Assembly: GCA_977030845.1 (NCBI GenBank)
Contig: OZ365112.1
Span: forward strand, 17,918,001 to 17,982,000
Direction: 5' to 3'
DNA length: 64,000 nucleotides
Origin: Fimbriosthenelais zetlandica
Lineage: Eukaryota
The position numbers were made by a program, and so were the translations under genes. Positions 1 to 14,500 of the stretch are shown one piece after another. Under the pieces are notes generated by a model that was not told where the DNA came from, made no database searches, and was given only the letters and a program-made list of their open reading frames with translations. Numbering within the stretch: position 1 is the first letter of the stretch; each line of letters begins with the position of its first letter.

Positions 1-27
1 CTTGGGGAAGAGATTGATGGAGAAGCT

Positions 28-3000
28 TCAGTGTGTTGGGGATCTGCTGGCGGTTCCGAAGGGGCTTGGTTCGGCCCGGAGCCAGGGGGTGTTCCGTCTG
101 TAGCCATATGAGCCGTTGTAACCCTTCACAGGTTTAATACCCTGCATAAACTGCGCATGTCCGTCCACAACTTCACGGGAATGACCTGTAATTATAACAA
201 AAGTCAGTCATAAGCATAATTGGAAATAACCCCACAAAATATGGACTTTAAATAGGTCTGATAATTATATTATTATGTACTAGAGATTTTAAGGAGTCCT
301 GAAATATTTTCAAGGAATGACCTTAATAAGAAACACTATAACAGTGTCCGAAAAACTTAGATGGAATATATAATTTCATGTTGATAAACTATATTTTATA
401 ATGTCAATGTATAATTTGGTCGTAAAACAAAAAGGATTTAATGTATACGATAATCAAATAATTTGTACAAGTTGCAAAATAAGCTAGACCTTAGAACCAG
501 GTGATAATTAACCTACAGTGTTAACATGCATCATGAAGAACGGAACACTGATACATATATATGTTGAACCAAGCCAAGTACTGGGAACGCAAACAAACTA
601 AAAAACTGTCTGTCTTAATATCAGAATTTTATAGTTACTGGCAATGAGCAAATGACAACTGTAACCATAATGCCCCAAATCACTCATGACTTGATAATCT
701 AAAACGATGAAAGACACACAAAGATAATACCAGGAATAATCATTATGTATGTACAGTCATTTAGAAATTATGGACTCAACAAAGCACAGACTAGATTTCA
801 CGCGTTTACAGGAGACAAAAGAAGTGATAAAAGGACATGATGACACAGAAAGATAGAACTCAGGGGGGATTTTAGACGTCAATTATGTTATTCTTAAAAT
901 AGACATTCCACAGCCATGACCAAAGTACACTTCCAAGCAAGATGGTCAAATCGATCCTGTTCATATTAATCTATATTTAGCCCCTCCCTCCTATCCCCCA
1001 GAACAAATACATGAGCCCGATCCACAGCCCCAAACGCTATACTACTATCATGTGCCTATCTGATCAGAGGATCTACAGAGAACAACCTCCTTACCCTATT
1101 CTATAATCACGATTGTTCACAAATATGGATCAACCTTGAAAATCAAAATTCTTTCATTATACTGGAAAGAATAACTGTAGTCAGGATGGTGGAATAAGGA
1201 ACGATCTGACGACCTAGATCTGGCTAAGATATTGCCTAGAGCGCCATAAATGAATAGCCCTATAGGGGATGGTACTGAATTAGGCCACCATTACTCAGTC
1301 TGCCTTTTAGCGATTGCCTAAAGGGGCAACAGATCAGATCACTGTAATCAACTTATGGGGGATCACACCAGCCCCCGACTAAATCTGCTTTGTTTGTACT
1401 AACAATTTACACCTCCTTCGTGACTCACAACTTCTATAACTGATCTGAGGAAATGTTTAGAACGTAACTCATCTAATTCTGTATTATTGATGAAAACACA
1501 AATTTCAATAGACATTTAAAAACAAAATACAATGACAGACCAACTGGCATATACACTAGTCAAACGCATCTCACTCTATCTACACACATACACACACCTT
1601 GTCAAGGTCAACCAAACCTCATCACGTAACCAAAATAACCAGTATGTGTACCATTTTCACCAACACAATCTCACTCTGATTTTTTCCCATCACAAGAGGA
1701 TAATACATTGGACTTGTTTACAACCCTAGTGGTATGCAGTAGTATACCAGAGACCCACCAACCACGTTTCAAAACGAGAGGCTTTTTTCCAGTGGGTGCC
1801 TCTAGTAACATGCGCGTGTCCATGCAGGAGGAGTATGCCAACAATTTCTTCTCCCTCCTATCCCCCATACACATACACACCCCTCACACACGTTTCTGGT
1901 AAGTTGCAGCAAATTGAGTTATTAGCCAGAATAGAGAAGAGGAAAGATGAAGGTACAGACCAATATGATAGATTGGGGGAGGCAAGGTTGGGTGTTTAAC
2001 AATACAAGTATGCCTAGGAAAAAATAAAGCTCCTGCAGAACAATATGAATAGTTTAACGTCAGGGAAGGGAACATCTGAAATATGCAGCCAGATCAATAG
2101 TGGTTTGATAGGGAGCGTATCATTTAGAAAAAAAAATGACATGAAATTAAAATGAGAAAAAAAAGGATAGATGAGAGTATGAGAATTTGGGGTAAAGTTG
2201 GACAAAGTTTGGAAGAGAGGGGTTAGGCAGAGCTGGGAAGTAAAGGATTTGTAAGACAGATAGGCTCTTGTATTAGCAGGAAATATCATTGTAGAGCTCT
2301 CCATGTTTTATCAGTAACCTCCCACAAGAGCCGTCACTCATGGACCTCTAATGTAGTTCCCTAAACACATGGAATCAAAGCCATTACTATAGAGATAAAG
2401 AAATGAAGAAAATCAAGGAAAGTTCCAGTAACTATTTTAAAATATAAGAAACTTGTAGAATTTTAAAGATGGGTATTAAAAATTTCAAGGACGTAAAACA
2501 ATTTTAACAATAAATATAAAGTGCGTTTTTATCATTATAACTGTACATCGGACCTATATTTTCTAACTACATCATGCACATTTTGACACACTTTATGACT
2601 GCTTACTATTCATTTCTTAAATAAAATCCATAGATTATAAAACACACATCTATGATTATGTATATTCATCCCCCCTAGTATCGGACATCTGTCCACAGAC
2701 TTAATGGTTCAGTAGTTGAAATCTAGTGAAATCATGAGAAGAAAATGCACACATTGTCAGATGTATACCTGAATGTATTTTGATTCACATCCCACACGTC
2801 CAGTTAAGATAAAAATAGTGAAATATATATGAACCAGTAGTATACATACAAAATGTATACGATACGTACATATATATGTTCACCCATGATAAGCCTTTAA
2901 AATAAAGAAAGGTTTAATCTACAATTGCCATACATATTGATTGATCTAGCGGTTATGAAATGATAGTGCAATGTTTTAGGTTAAAAGGCGATTATAAGGA

Positions 3001-6000
3001 CAATTTTTGAGCAGTTAGAGTGAGATTCCACCACCGAGATTTGATTAATCAACAGCATGCTTGATAGGGAAATTAACTTCTGCTGACGTGCGCCTCAAAG
3101 GTAGACATTGTAACATTTAATTTGGAGGAGTAGGAACTACCAAGGAAGTTTTGAAGGGAGCTACGATGTAATATTAAGTAGGGTGTGCCATATCACATAC
3201 CAAACATATATATAAGAGTGTGATCTATATCAAAAAGCTCCATTAATGCACAAATACACAAAAATAGCAGTATATATATGACTGTATATGAATATACCTT
3301 ACACAGTTCAGTTCCACTCATTTTTCTGATGACTTATATTTTGAATCTTTATGTGCGAGTGTCCGCTGTCAAAACGAAACATACAAAAGTTCTGCTCGAG
3401 TAGGATATGTTTTACAAGTCAATAATTTTATGAACAATTTTTCGTTGCTTCTAACAGATAGATTTACAATTTGCTCCACTTCAAAGGAGGTCACATTAAT
3501 GTAATTAAAACAATGAAATATTTGTAGGGATTTGATGCCCCAAAAACTTTCTGAATATACAATATTCAGTTGACATATTACATTCATAAAATAATATCAG
3601 TTCTATTCCGGGCTAAATTGTTGCTTAATACTACTAAAGTATCTTTTGAGTCCGCGGCAGTGTGCTGTTATGTGCCATGACGATTGTACTATATTTTGGA
3701 CTCGTTCTATAAATATCATGACAATATCATGGCTCCATATATAGAGCCAGAAATGTGTTTATAACGATAAATTCTCCCTTTCAGAAACCAAGAAACTAGT
3801 AAGTTAGAGATACATGTTGCTTATAGCTGTTTATCAATTTCATTATCTCTCACTCCACTCATGATGTTATAATCGTGAGGCGTTTATACTGGCAATATAT
3901 GGAGGAAATCAGCCAAGCTTGAACAAGTTGTTGGTGGTGGTAAATGTATGTACACAAGCCTAGTGTATTACATACACCACTGTATGTATGACCCATATAG
4001 TCATTATAGCTTCAATCTCAAGGAAGAGATTTGATTACAAAATCTTAAAATGATCACTGAATGATTATTTCATTCATGTTCGAGTACAAACTGTTATAGC
4101 ATTTGGTACTTTTACAATATTGATTTCCAGTAAAATGTAGAAGGTAATGGAATTTTAAAGCAATTATAGGAATTAATACCAGCAAGTATATTCCAAATAT
4201 CTAATGTATTTAACATTCCTTCTATTCGTCAATCTAATTGGTATATGAAGGGTGGGGGGTCTAATTATGCCAGCATATACTGCTTGAAAAAAATAATCAG
4301 AGTGGCTATAATATTTGTGGCGAGTGCCATGTGTCGTACACACTCTGTTTATTTCGGACAATAAACATAAATGTCCTTCCCACCATATACAGACCACAGA
4401 CTGCACCTTGCTCAGGGTCTCCTCCTTCTACAGCCAGCTGCCCCACTAACCAAACTGAAGAGACCCCTATGTATGAAATTCATCTATGTCATGCCCGTCC
4501 TGTAGGGAAATCGGCGTTGTACACCAATTTTGGGGGTGATTCAAGCCATTGAAATACAAGCTTGCTTCCCATGCACCCCAGCTAGGTCTCTCTATACATG
4601 TAAAAATCTCAAATTCTGATCTTTAATACACATGACTGGTACAGAAGGGGTTTCACCTGTTTGCTTTAGATGGTCTAGGTCAACTGAATACACAAAGGTT
4701 GAGTGTGTTAGGAATACATTAATGCTACTACATCCATGTTAGGTCTCTTTTTCTTGTATACCTCTCATGAACATCTCTAGCGAGTCGCTGTGGGCTTATG
4801 TTCATGATTACATTTTTAAACCTCCTCTACTCCAGCATATACATTACATCATTATATGGCTCGTGCTATTTTAAGCTTAGATCTTAGGACATCAGGCACA
4901 GCAAGCACACCTGTCGTTCACCTTTTGTCTCAGCACTGTCATGTAAATATGCTCAAGTATTTAATATCGGCTCTTAATGCCAGACGCCCAGCGTGATGCT
5001 ATATAGTATATGGGGCTAGTCTTATTGTCTACTGCAGCACTCCTTGCAAATGTAAGCCCAGGATGATATCGATTAAACCATTAAGGAAATGGTAATACCT
5101 CCCACCTGTCTATACAGGTAGACCTGTGTATGTGTACACAGCCAACTCCACACACAAGCCATCTAAGAAAGCATCTAATATTAACAAGACATTTATCTAA
5201 TAAAAAATGGTTCCCCTCAAAATAAAACATCAAACATTGGTATGGGAGATGACCTATAGTGCGAGGTTCTAACCGGGAGGGAAAGATGGGTCTGGTGGGA
5301 GATAAACGGGGGAGCTTTTGTTTGCAGGTAAATAATATGGCGTACCCCTTCTCTCCATCCTCTGCAGCAGCAGCAACCCAGTCTAACATTGTTCACTGCT
5401 TGCCAGTAGAGGAGGCTGAGGCGAATGCTGGCGCTTGGCATCTCCCTCAACACTTTCCAAGCGCCACGCACATTAAATATTCAAAGGGCAGAGAGTGAGG
5501 GAGAGGGGGAGCGGTATGAAGTGTGAGAGAGAGGTTTAATGTTGACCAGGTAATATATCTCTCCTCATATTAATATATCAGTATGAAGCAAGCATGGTCA
5601 CGTCTAAACGATATCTCATTATAATATCCCCCAAGCATTTGTCAGACATAAGCAAGTATCACCATCCATCAGCCACAAAATCTAACATTCCCTTGATAAA
5701 CTGTGTATAATTGGGCATAATAGGAACAAATATACAGTCAATATGTAAAATAGTTATGTAGATAACATTTTCATGGTGATCTATGATTGCTGATGAATGA
5801 GTGACAAGTGGATTGATGGATTCTGACATGTTCTAGTACTATACCTAGCTGGGCTGTAGTGGGTGGTGGTGCAGCATGGAGGGTGGGTGGTGCGAGTAGT
5901 AGTGGTGGCAAGCACCACTCTTCACCTGGCCAATTTATCACGCCAGAGAAACTCCCAACCTTAAATCCATCTAAATATCCTCCATAACCACGATCAGTGG

Positions 6001-9000
6001 TAAATATTCCTTAAAAAGAACCATAGGGAGAATACGTATGATGGTTGGGGTATGGCAGGTTGTGAATCCATTTTATTGCTCGAGTTGATGTAATGAACAA
6101 ATTCAACCCGGCGTCTCTCAAAATGGCCGCCACCATGTTATACTGGCTCGATATGGCGGCCTAAGCTGGCAGAACACCCGAGTCATGCTCACTTAAAAAG
6201 CACTTTCCTCAGCCCTAACTTCACCCCGATCGTACGATCCCTATATGCGCATAATGTGATGTATATGGAACCTCAATATTGGACAATTTAAGAAGGAAAA
6301 TTCAGACCTTGCCTGGTCTAAAACCGACCTTTCGTCCTTGCGTTCTTGCTGAGCGATATTAGGTGTATCCTATGTGGTGTATACGATTCCAAGACAACCG
6401 GTAGCGACGCGCACCTACTCACGGTTCACAGCTTGCTCCTTCTACTCAAAAATACCTCCAATTAAGCACCACTACACGGCCAATCAAGAGCCAGAAGCAT
6501 CCTCCAGTATACTTAGTATGGTCACCTAAGATTGTATCCCGAATGGAATGGTTTTAATTGGAACAAAATGGCCAAAACACTCCGGTGTGATGGACTGCTT
6601 TTGGACGTATAGTGAATGAAGCTTTGCCAGTCAATAATTTAGTTCAGTGCGAGTGGCGCTAGGGGGCAGAGCTGCAGAAGCCAGCGTCAGAGAACGCAGT
6701 GGGACGCGCGGGCTTACTGTAAGCTGCAAAATCCAATGCTTTGGCTGGCTGCTTTCCAAAATACCAAGCTTTCCATTGGCACGACTCTATATAGGCTCAG
6801 TTCTTCAATATCAAATGTATTTCAGCTTATATAGTGTCCATGGGAACCAAATGAGTGTATATACATCCACTGAGCGCAGTTTTAAAAAAAAATAATCGTA
6901 TTTGCTATATGGTGCGATTTTCTATCGACTTCCACAAAAGTATCATAGATCATTACTTGCCTTAGTAAACCTCTTAGTAAACTCACTTATCTCTGCTGGC
7001 AAATGCTCTGAACTAAGATTTAAAAATTAATCCTTAAGATTTCCTACTAATTAGTAACCAATATACCATATCATATTGCATAACATGTTGGGGCTTAAAA
7101 GGAGTTGTCCATTCATTGAGGTTTGCTTTATTGTTTGTGATTTAGGCGTTATAAAGCTTAAAGTTCATGGAGTGTAAGGCTTTCAAAGCCTCTTATTAGT
7201 CTTAAGTAAAGAGATTGAACTTAGCTGGTTGTGCCAAATAACCAGGGATTTATTGCTGCAATGTATACTCATTTTATGTTATTGATACGGGACTATGTAA
7301 TATACTCACTCCGGCCTTAACCCAGCTAAACATAATCAAGCCTAACGCTGACCAAGCCACGATCGAAGCCACAATAGAAATTAGGGTCAATTAGCATTTT
7401 GGGAATAGAATAGTAAACCCTAGAAAATCACTCATTATTAAAACAGTATGATGATGATTTGCAATTCATTGGGACGATTTGGAAAATGCAAATAGATAAT
7501 AACAAATAATAACAAAATCATCGTTCCTTAAGCTGATTATGTTCATTCTTTGACCGTGGAGGAATTATTTCACTAATGCATTGAACGTGACTGACGATCT
7601 TAATGATTCATCACGACAGAAATGAATTGTTATAACATGCTGCGTCAGTCGGTTTAAAGAAACAATGAGGTGATTCTTGGCGAGCGAGAGCGCGTCTCTG
7701 TCAGGCCTTACGACAAAAACTTGTCGGCTTAAAGCTCCATAGTCTTTAATGTCTGGCGATTATTTTTATCGGAATGTCATTTTTGACCTAAGCAAATGAA
7801 GCACCCATAGCCTAAATTACTTTCCCATTGGCCCTGCAATGGATAGAATAATATATGCCGACATATTGAAGCACATACTGTCGAATGTATTAGCCTAAAT
7901 ACGTCCCTAAATCACTTTCACTAATTATTCACTGAACTTCTCTGAACTGAAGGATTTTATTATCGGTACAAAAATAACATTTTTTCTAGTTCTACCTTGC
8001 TACCTTTCCCATATTTCTTTCTGAATTTAGAACCCGTAATCTCAACTCGCGTCTCTCAATATTAGTCTTCCAAATGTCTTATTCGACTGATAAAAACGTT
8101 ATAATTCAGGCAGGATTTCGATAAGCTTCATTCACAAACTCGTCCAATTGGGACAGGAGCCTTAAATTAACGTCAATCTGAGCCGCGACCCAGTATAGTT
8201 TTATGTCAATCCAGCGTTCACCTTGATAAGCCAACCATGCTTCCATGTAGTGGCTGTTTCAGGCATTATATAGAGGCCCATTCGATGCGCCATCTTGAAT
8301 CCGCGAGGGGAGTTATATGTATTTACGTATTTACGGTTTTGAATTTACACGGTTTACTTCGTTGGTGTGTACTCGCATTCAACATTTGATTTATGAGAAA
8401 TAAGCAAAACTATCTATGCCTAATCTAGTTGCCCAAGCTTGACCGTTTGATTTTAAAATGCAGAATGATGAGACCAAAAATATCTTGTTAGAATAACACT
8501 CGAGGAAAATCATCAGGTGGAAATCAATTGGGTTATTTTGGGGAAGAAAAATACTGACCTGCTCCAAACTGGTTGCGGAGGTTGACGTAGTTACTACCTG
8601 CTCCTTTTTCATGGAAGGAATCCATATCAGGACCTTCTATTGAGTTGCCGGGCGCATTCTACAATGAAATAAAAATAATGTGTTTAGCCTATAAGTATAT
8701 TATGCTATGTTTGAAATTGTTCTCTGTGTATATTCTTCTTCATCTTCTTCCTTCTTCTCTTTTTCGTTTCCGTCTTCTTTTTCTTCTTCTTCTTCTTACA
8801 TGTACTTCTTTCTACTTCCTTCTCCTTTCTATTTTCTTATTCTTTTCTTTTCTGAACCATTTTCAGGTAGCATAATTACGCTATAGGCTATAGATCTATA
8901 ATTCCCCATGTATATAATGGGTATGCACTCTAGGCTATGTAATAACACGACTGGTTCATGTATAACTTTAAATAATACCGGGGAAATCATATAGAATTAT

Positions 9001-10319
9001 TTCTTTGCTCGTGTTGAGATGTACATGAACAAGTGTAAAGGCTTTACCATTATTAATCTTTTTATTTATAACCTTCAACCATTGCATACGTACGTGATTC
9101 TTTTTTCTCAGTCTTACATTGACTGATACATCTGGTATTCTGCTATGAACATTCTCACAAGATTACATAGATAAGAACCGTTTTAAAGTCCGTGTAATTA
9201 ATTCATCAAACAACTGTAGGCGTGTACGATGTATTAATCTCATTGACCGTGTTACTTGCTTGGACATGCTGAAGGGATCTTACATTCGCCTGTTCTTTTA
9301 ACGGCGCGCGAATCATTTACATGTTATATATAATGTAAGAGTCCCTTGCGTCAATGTGTTCTCATAAAAATATTTTCCCATTAGAGGTCTATAAATGATT
9401 TTAAACCCTAAGGCCCGTAAATAACCTTGTATATGGCACATTGGCTGAATATCGCTCAGTATATACGTATACAGCATCGTACTACATCAAAGAAACATGG
9501 CATTGATGTTTAATTAATATCATGGGAGGTATATAGTTCCACAAAGCTATAGAATACTATTTTAAAGCTGTCGCTAATACAGTCATCTGTTATTGAAAAC
9601 TGGACTATTTGATATGTATGTGATACAAAAATGTAATTCTCAAACAATTTGTGGTGTAAAATATTAATCGTTACAAGGTTGATATCTGAACAATTCATGC
9701 TGCTAGATGTTTTGGCTAAGATTGTGTATAAAATATCACAGTTTGATCTATATCACATGGATGTTACACATATTACATTTGTATGGTGTTACTGATATGC
9801 GACATTTTCCCCGCAATTAATACATTGCTTCATGAACACCACATGCATTCACACATGATTGACGGCCCCCCATGTTTATTAATTCCTATAATAGTATATA
9901 CTCACATGAACCACTCTCTAGATTTATATACCGTATTATAGGTTTCCACTTAGACATGTGATTACTTGGTATTGTAATCACCAAACACTGATATCTTGAA
10001 AAAAAAATTGTACTGACCTGCCCTGTTTTATCCAATGTGTTTTGCACTCCATGGAATTGGAAATAGCCTTGTGGGTGTTTATCTTTTTGTGCATTATAAG
10101 GTGGTATAACCGGACCAAATTTAGGATTGGCTTTAGAATAGTCATTTGAAATGTTGGCAACTGCTATAGAATCAAGAACAAAACCTTTCTCTTTTTCCAT
10201 TATCTCTGCCGGGGGTGGTGTAGAAGGGGTCCTGTAAATTTTGTTGTGCTTGCCGCTTTTTGTACTCATCTTCTCCGGTTCCTCTGATTCAAATGGACCT
10301 TTTTTATGTCCTTCTCGCC
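28..10319 (-). CDS. SPMAP1: C17orf98/SPMAP1 (DUF4542)-like sperm/ciliary microtubule-associated module; last three exons 10319-10018, 8658-8559, 185-28
   Basis: Spliced translation ...EKEKGFVLDSIAVANISNDYSKANPKFGPVIPPYNAQKDKHPQGYFQFHGVQNTLDKTGQ|NAPGNSIEGPDMDSFHEKGAGSNYVNLRNQFGA|GHSREVVDGHAQFMQGIKPVKGYNGSYGYRRNTPWLRAEPSPFGTASRSPTH* matches the recalled C17orf98 motifs (EKGFxLD, IPPYNAQxD, GxNGxxGYRRNTP). GT-AG sites and phases (0, 1) are consistent; TGA at 30-28. An internal ATG at 10269 could start a short form. Confidence 0.9.
8735..8860. repeat. TTC/CT-rich low-complexity tract (GAA-rich on the transcribed strand)
   Basis: Runs such as ttcttcttcttcttctt are visible directly; intronic, about 80-200 nt upstream of the 8658 acceptor. 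Confidence 0.8.
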
Positions 10320-11515
10320 CTGAGAGGAAAGTAAAGATTTTTTTTTTAGTGTTATGTATATATTACTGACAGTTTCAATCCAAATATAGCCTTCAATATG
10401 TGATATTGAGTGTAAATGGTCTATATTTCCCTCTACTTCTTTAGAGTGTCCTTGGTTGAATTACAAGTCAGATATGAAGCACGGACAGAGAGCGAGGAGT
10501 GCGTGCACTGATAAGTTATCACTGTAAAATGCAATGAATAGTCACTTGGTGAAGCAAATCCTTAGTATATATGGAATCACAGTATGTTTTCCTTGACTCA
10601 AAATTGTTTTACACTAGCTTGGTCGCTCGTTTTGTAGAGGTTAAGTTAGTGGAGGTATATGTACACCCTCCCTCCGTTGCTAGGACTCAAGACTACCGCA
10701 TAGCTTTATTCTATATAAGGATTAGCAGTATAGGGTCGCGCAAGCTAGTTTTAGAGTTAGTTGTACCAGCTGTGGGATTAACTAGCTGAAGCTTTCATGC
10801 TTAACACACCTAATGCACAAGCTTTAACGGGACTCAGTCATGAGAAATAGCAGCAAAAGAAGTTAATGGGGTAGAGGAATAACAGTAGTATATCCAATAA
10901 ATGAGTGGTGTTAAAGCATTTTAAATTAGTAACAAAATTCCCATTTTAATTCCCCCCGCCCCACCCGTCCGCCTCCATAATTATTTGTCATGGAAAAGCA
11001 TAATGACCAGACGATAGTTTGAACTATAACAAAAGCGCGCTTTAGCAACAGGAATGTACCCAGCTTTAAGAGTTAATCTTGTATATTAGTAATACAGTAA
11101 GGCTATTGGAATTCAAATTTATATCATAGAGAAATTAAAGCCTCACTGGCAGTCAGTGAATTGATAAGTCCATGCAGGAAAGTGCTCGCAATTCTACTCC
11201 GTGAGAAAATACTACCGATAGAGTATTATGAATGAAAGCAAATAAGGACGTATTTACTGGTTTCCGTTTCATTCTTTCAAAATGTAAATTCAGTGATTGT
11301 ATTAATTATTATATTATAACCTATATATTAGTTTGATATATTTATTTTTTTAATATTCCAATTTCAACTTCAAAGGATAGTATGTTCATTTACATCAGTT
11401 TTGGTTGCATTTTCATTTCTTGGCTCATTTCATTTCCGTGACAGTGTATGATAAATTCTCGTATTTATTTGTGCTACACAATATACAAGACAATATATAC
11501 GGTGTGAGAACCTAC

Positions 11516-14500
11516 CTGTAGTACACAGGTATTTCCTTTCGCTTAGCATCAAGAAATCATTAAGAAAAATGGCACTGCCTGTAGGCCTATATTTTTTTAG
11601 GTAGGTTTGTTAAAATAACAATTGATCTATAGCCTAATAATGAAGATATATTGAAGATACGAATATATTTTTGAATATAAAACGTTGACCTATAGCTTCC
11701 CGTAACGTGGTTGGCTGTCAATTCGTCCGAAAACGGAAATTTGCAATGTCAATATGAGGATTTTTTGTGGGATAAAGATAGAATTAACCTCGGGCAGGTC
11801 GTGCTAGGTGTTATCTCCCTCGGGGTTTTGGCGGAGTGATTTTCCCTTGGGCTGACCTCGGAACATCTCTCCACCCTCAGCTCAGGGACATACCACCACT
11901 GCCCTCGGTCAGTTCTATATAATATGTGTTATAAGTATGATATGAAATTTGCAGAATGAAATACTTATTCATCATAGGAGTTATTGGCGTTAAAGTTACA
12001 ATTCAATATGACCATTTGTGAAAAAAAAACTATTGAGAGAAAATGTGCTAGCGAGCGTGAGGCTATGAAGTCAGTGAGTCATGTGTGTGCAGTACTATAA
12101 TATTATACGTGTATAGGTTATTGGTGCATTGGTGCCATCATATAAGGTGCACAATAGCTGATAGGAAAGTAGATATAAGCATAATACATTTGGGAAGGTG
12201 CTTTAATAGTAAAATGGATATGGCCCTGTGTGCTGTGTCTGTATAGGTGGATATATGCATGGCCGTTGCTCCCTACACATGTGCGGACAACACATATTGT
12301 TTTGCATGTGTATCCGATATTTACTTTGGGTAAATTGGGCACTTTATTGTCTAAATCTTTTGAATTTTAATGAAAAAAGGTCCCCGGGGAGTGTTTGATC
12401 TGATAGTTGTCCTTATTCTTGTTTTTACAGACTGGACTGCGTGATAGACGTGTATGACTTACGGGTTTTAACGTGGTCGTGACGTTTATCAATTTCTGGA
12501 CGTCTGGCCTCTTAAAGTAGGCCCGGCAGTGGACATCGTCCTTCCCATCGTATTTAGGGAGAAGTGTGTCCTTAAATCTGGTCCGGGTTCGTTCTGTGGG
12601 AACGCCATCGTTTACAAAATTATCCTGAAGGGGTGGTGAAGGGAAGAAGAGATCGGCGGATGAGTGGCCAATTGGTGAATTATTATTTCAAGGTAGGCTA
12701 ATTGTGGATTAATATAGAGAAAGCGGGGTGGAGTGGAAGATACATAAATATTTTGAATAAAAAAATGAGGGGATAAAGAAATATCTCACGGAAAGGACAT
12801 GACTATTTAAAGAAATAAGAATATAAAATTACATTCTAGGTAGATACTGTATACATTCTACAAATTGTGTAAAGTATGGATGGGTTTGACATTGGTTCGT
12901 TCGTACATTTACTATTACAGACAAAGGTAATCTACATTAATAGACGCGGGAAGACTAAAGAAGCCATGCAAGCTCTACACACCTCCAAGTCATCAAGTAC
13001 CTCAGGTGGCGGCGTGGGTACAGAGAGACCCCTGGAGGACATTTTGTTTAAACTCTTGAGGTAAGTTGTTGGTTTTTCCGCTAGGGGGACCTCTGGTAGG
13101 CTAGGTTGGGGCCGTGGTGTTGTCTGGCCCTTTCCACCATTAGAATTAGAAGAACTGTAAAAAGAATTATAATTCTGGTTAATTCAATCGCGTATTTTCT
13201 AAGGTATGTATTTAAATAATTATCTTTCTAACATCAAATTTAGTATAAGGCTTATTATTAAGTTTCCTCTTTAAGCTATCTAAAAAGTATTCATCCTACA
13301 TATTATGTTTTCACTTACCGGCTTGAATCCATTCCTGACCTTCGGCCTGAAGATAAGCGGCTAGCTGACCTTGCTCCTAGTCTGGGTGACCTTGAGGGGT
13401 GCTTCCCTGACTTTAACGACGTCTTGGGTCGTTGCCCTGGCGACCCTTTACGAGGCCAAGCTCTCGCCAAGTTTGGATCGACTGTCACTTCCGTCTGACT
13501 GGAGCGAGACTTGAGGCGCTTCCCACCCTCGACTTCGTAGTCAGTTCCACTTCCGCTTTTCTCTTGCTGAATGGCAAATCAATATCCATTTTAAAATATT
13601 TCCCAAATTTAGTTAGCGTAAAAAAAGGATAAGAAATGCCGAATAATGGCCGAACGTGAAGGAACCTGAAAGGATTCCCAGATGCGGTCATCTGATGACA
13701 TTTAAGACCAGTCCTGAAATGAAAATCTATAGATCATGTTCAAAGACCTGATGGGGAGAGAGCAGAATGGAATCAATTGCCACCTTCACCACACTCCACA
13801 GCTCGCCCGGAGCGGATCTTTTTGACATTTTGCTTGGGCCGCGGGTGCAGGATGAGCATGATCATTATAGTCCAGCACCAAACCATTGCCTAGCAACCTG
13901 CTGAGACATGCGACAAACAAAAGTTACTTACCAAAGTAAACTGGACCCGAAAGGACACCCTACTGCTCCGTCTATTACTATAACTTACCAAAGTCATGTT
14001 CTATCAGGTAATCCCTACAGGTAACGTTACGTATAACCAGTGATAGTACACCTTGACTGGACCATTTCATCAAATGAGGACCCGCCCATGAAGCCTACAC
14101 CATATAGCCCCTGTTGCCAACTTCCTTTCTTTTTCAACTTTTTCTTTTTGGACATTTTCTGCTTTGATTTCTCAAGTAGCGTCGCTGAGCTAAAGAAGTT
14201 CGTTACTGAAGTATGCCTCTCTCGCCTAAGAGAGTGATATTCTACATTTAAACTCTTTCTCCCGAGAAACGTTGTTATCTGGATAGTTTCCAATCCATTG
14301 AATCCAACTAGCTGATCTCAATTGGAGATTTGGTATTCCCTCTGCCTCACACACCCTCCCACTTCACCGTTCGATAATGCCTACTAACAACCTGCATAGT
14401 ACTTCAGGACAAGAGGTCATTATGCTAATTTCTTAAAAAAATACTTATATCATTTAATTGATGGTAATTGAGGTAAATCGCTTGTCTCCAAGGTGCTTCT

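Noticed and set aside
1150-5500. LINE relics in the large SPMAP1 intron (ITVINLWG, CPSCREIGVVHQFWG, IDRWEVLP)
   Set aside because: Only isolated, weak motif echoes; not enough to list as features without a search.
12876-13064. Plus-strand ORF ending at a GAG|gtaag donor
   Set aside because: It is the antisense of exon 13154-13001, which fits the minus-strand gene in phase at both ends.
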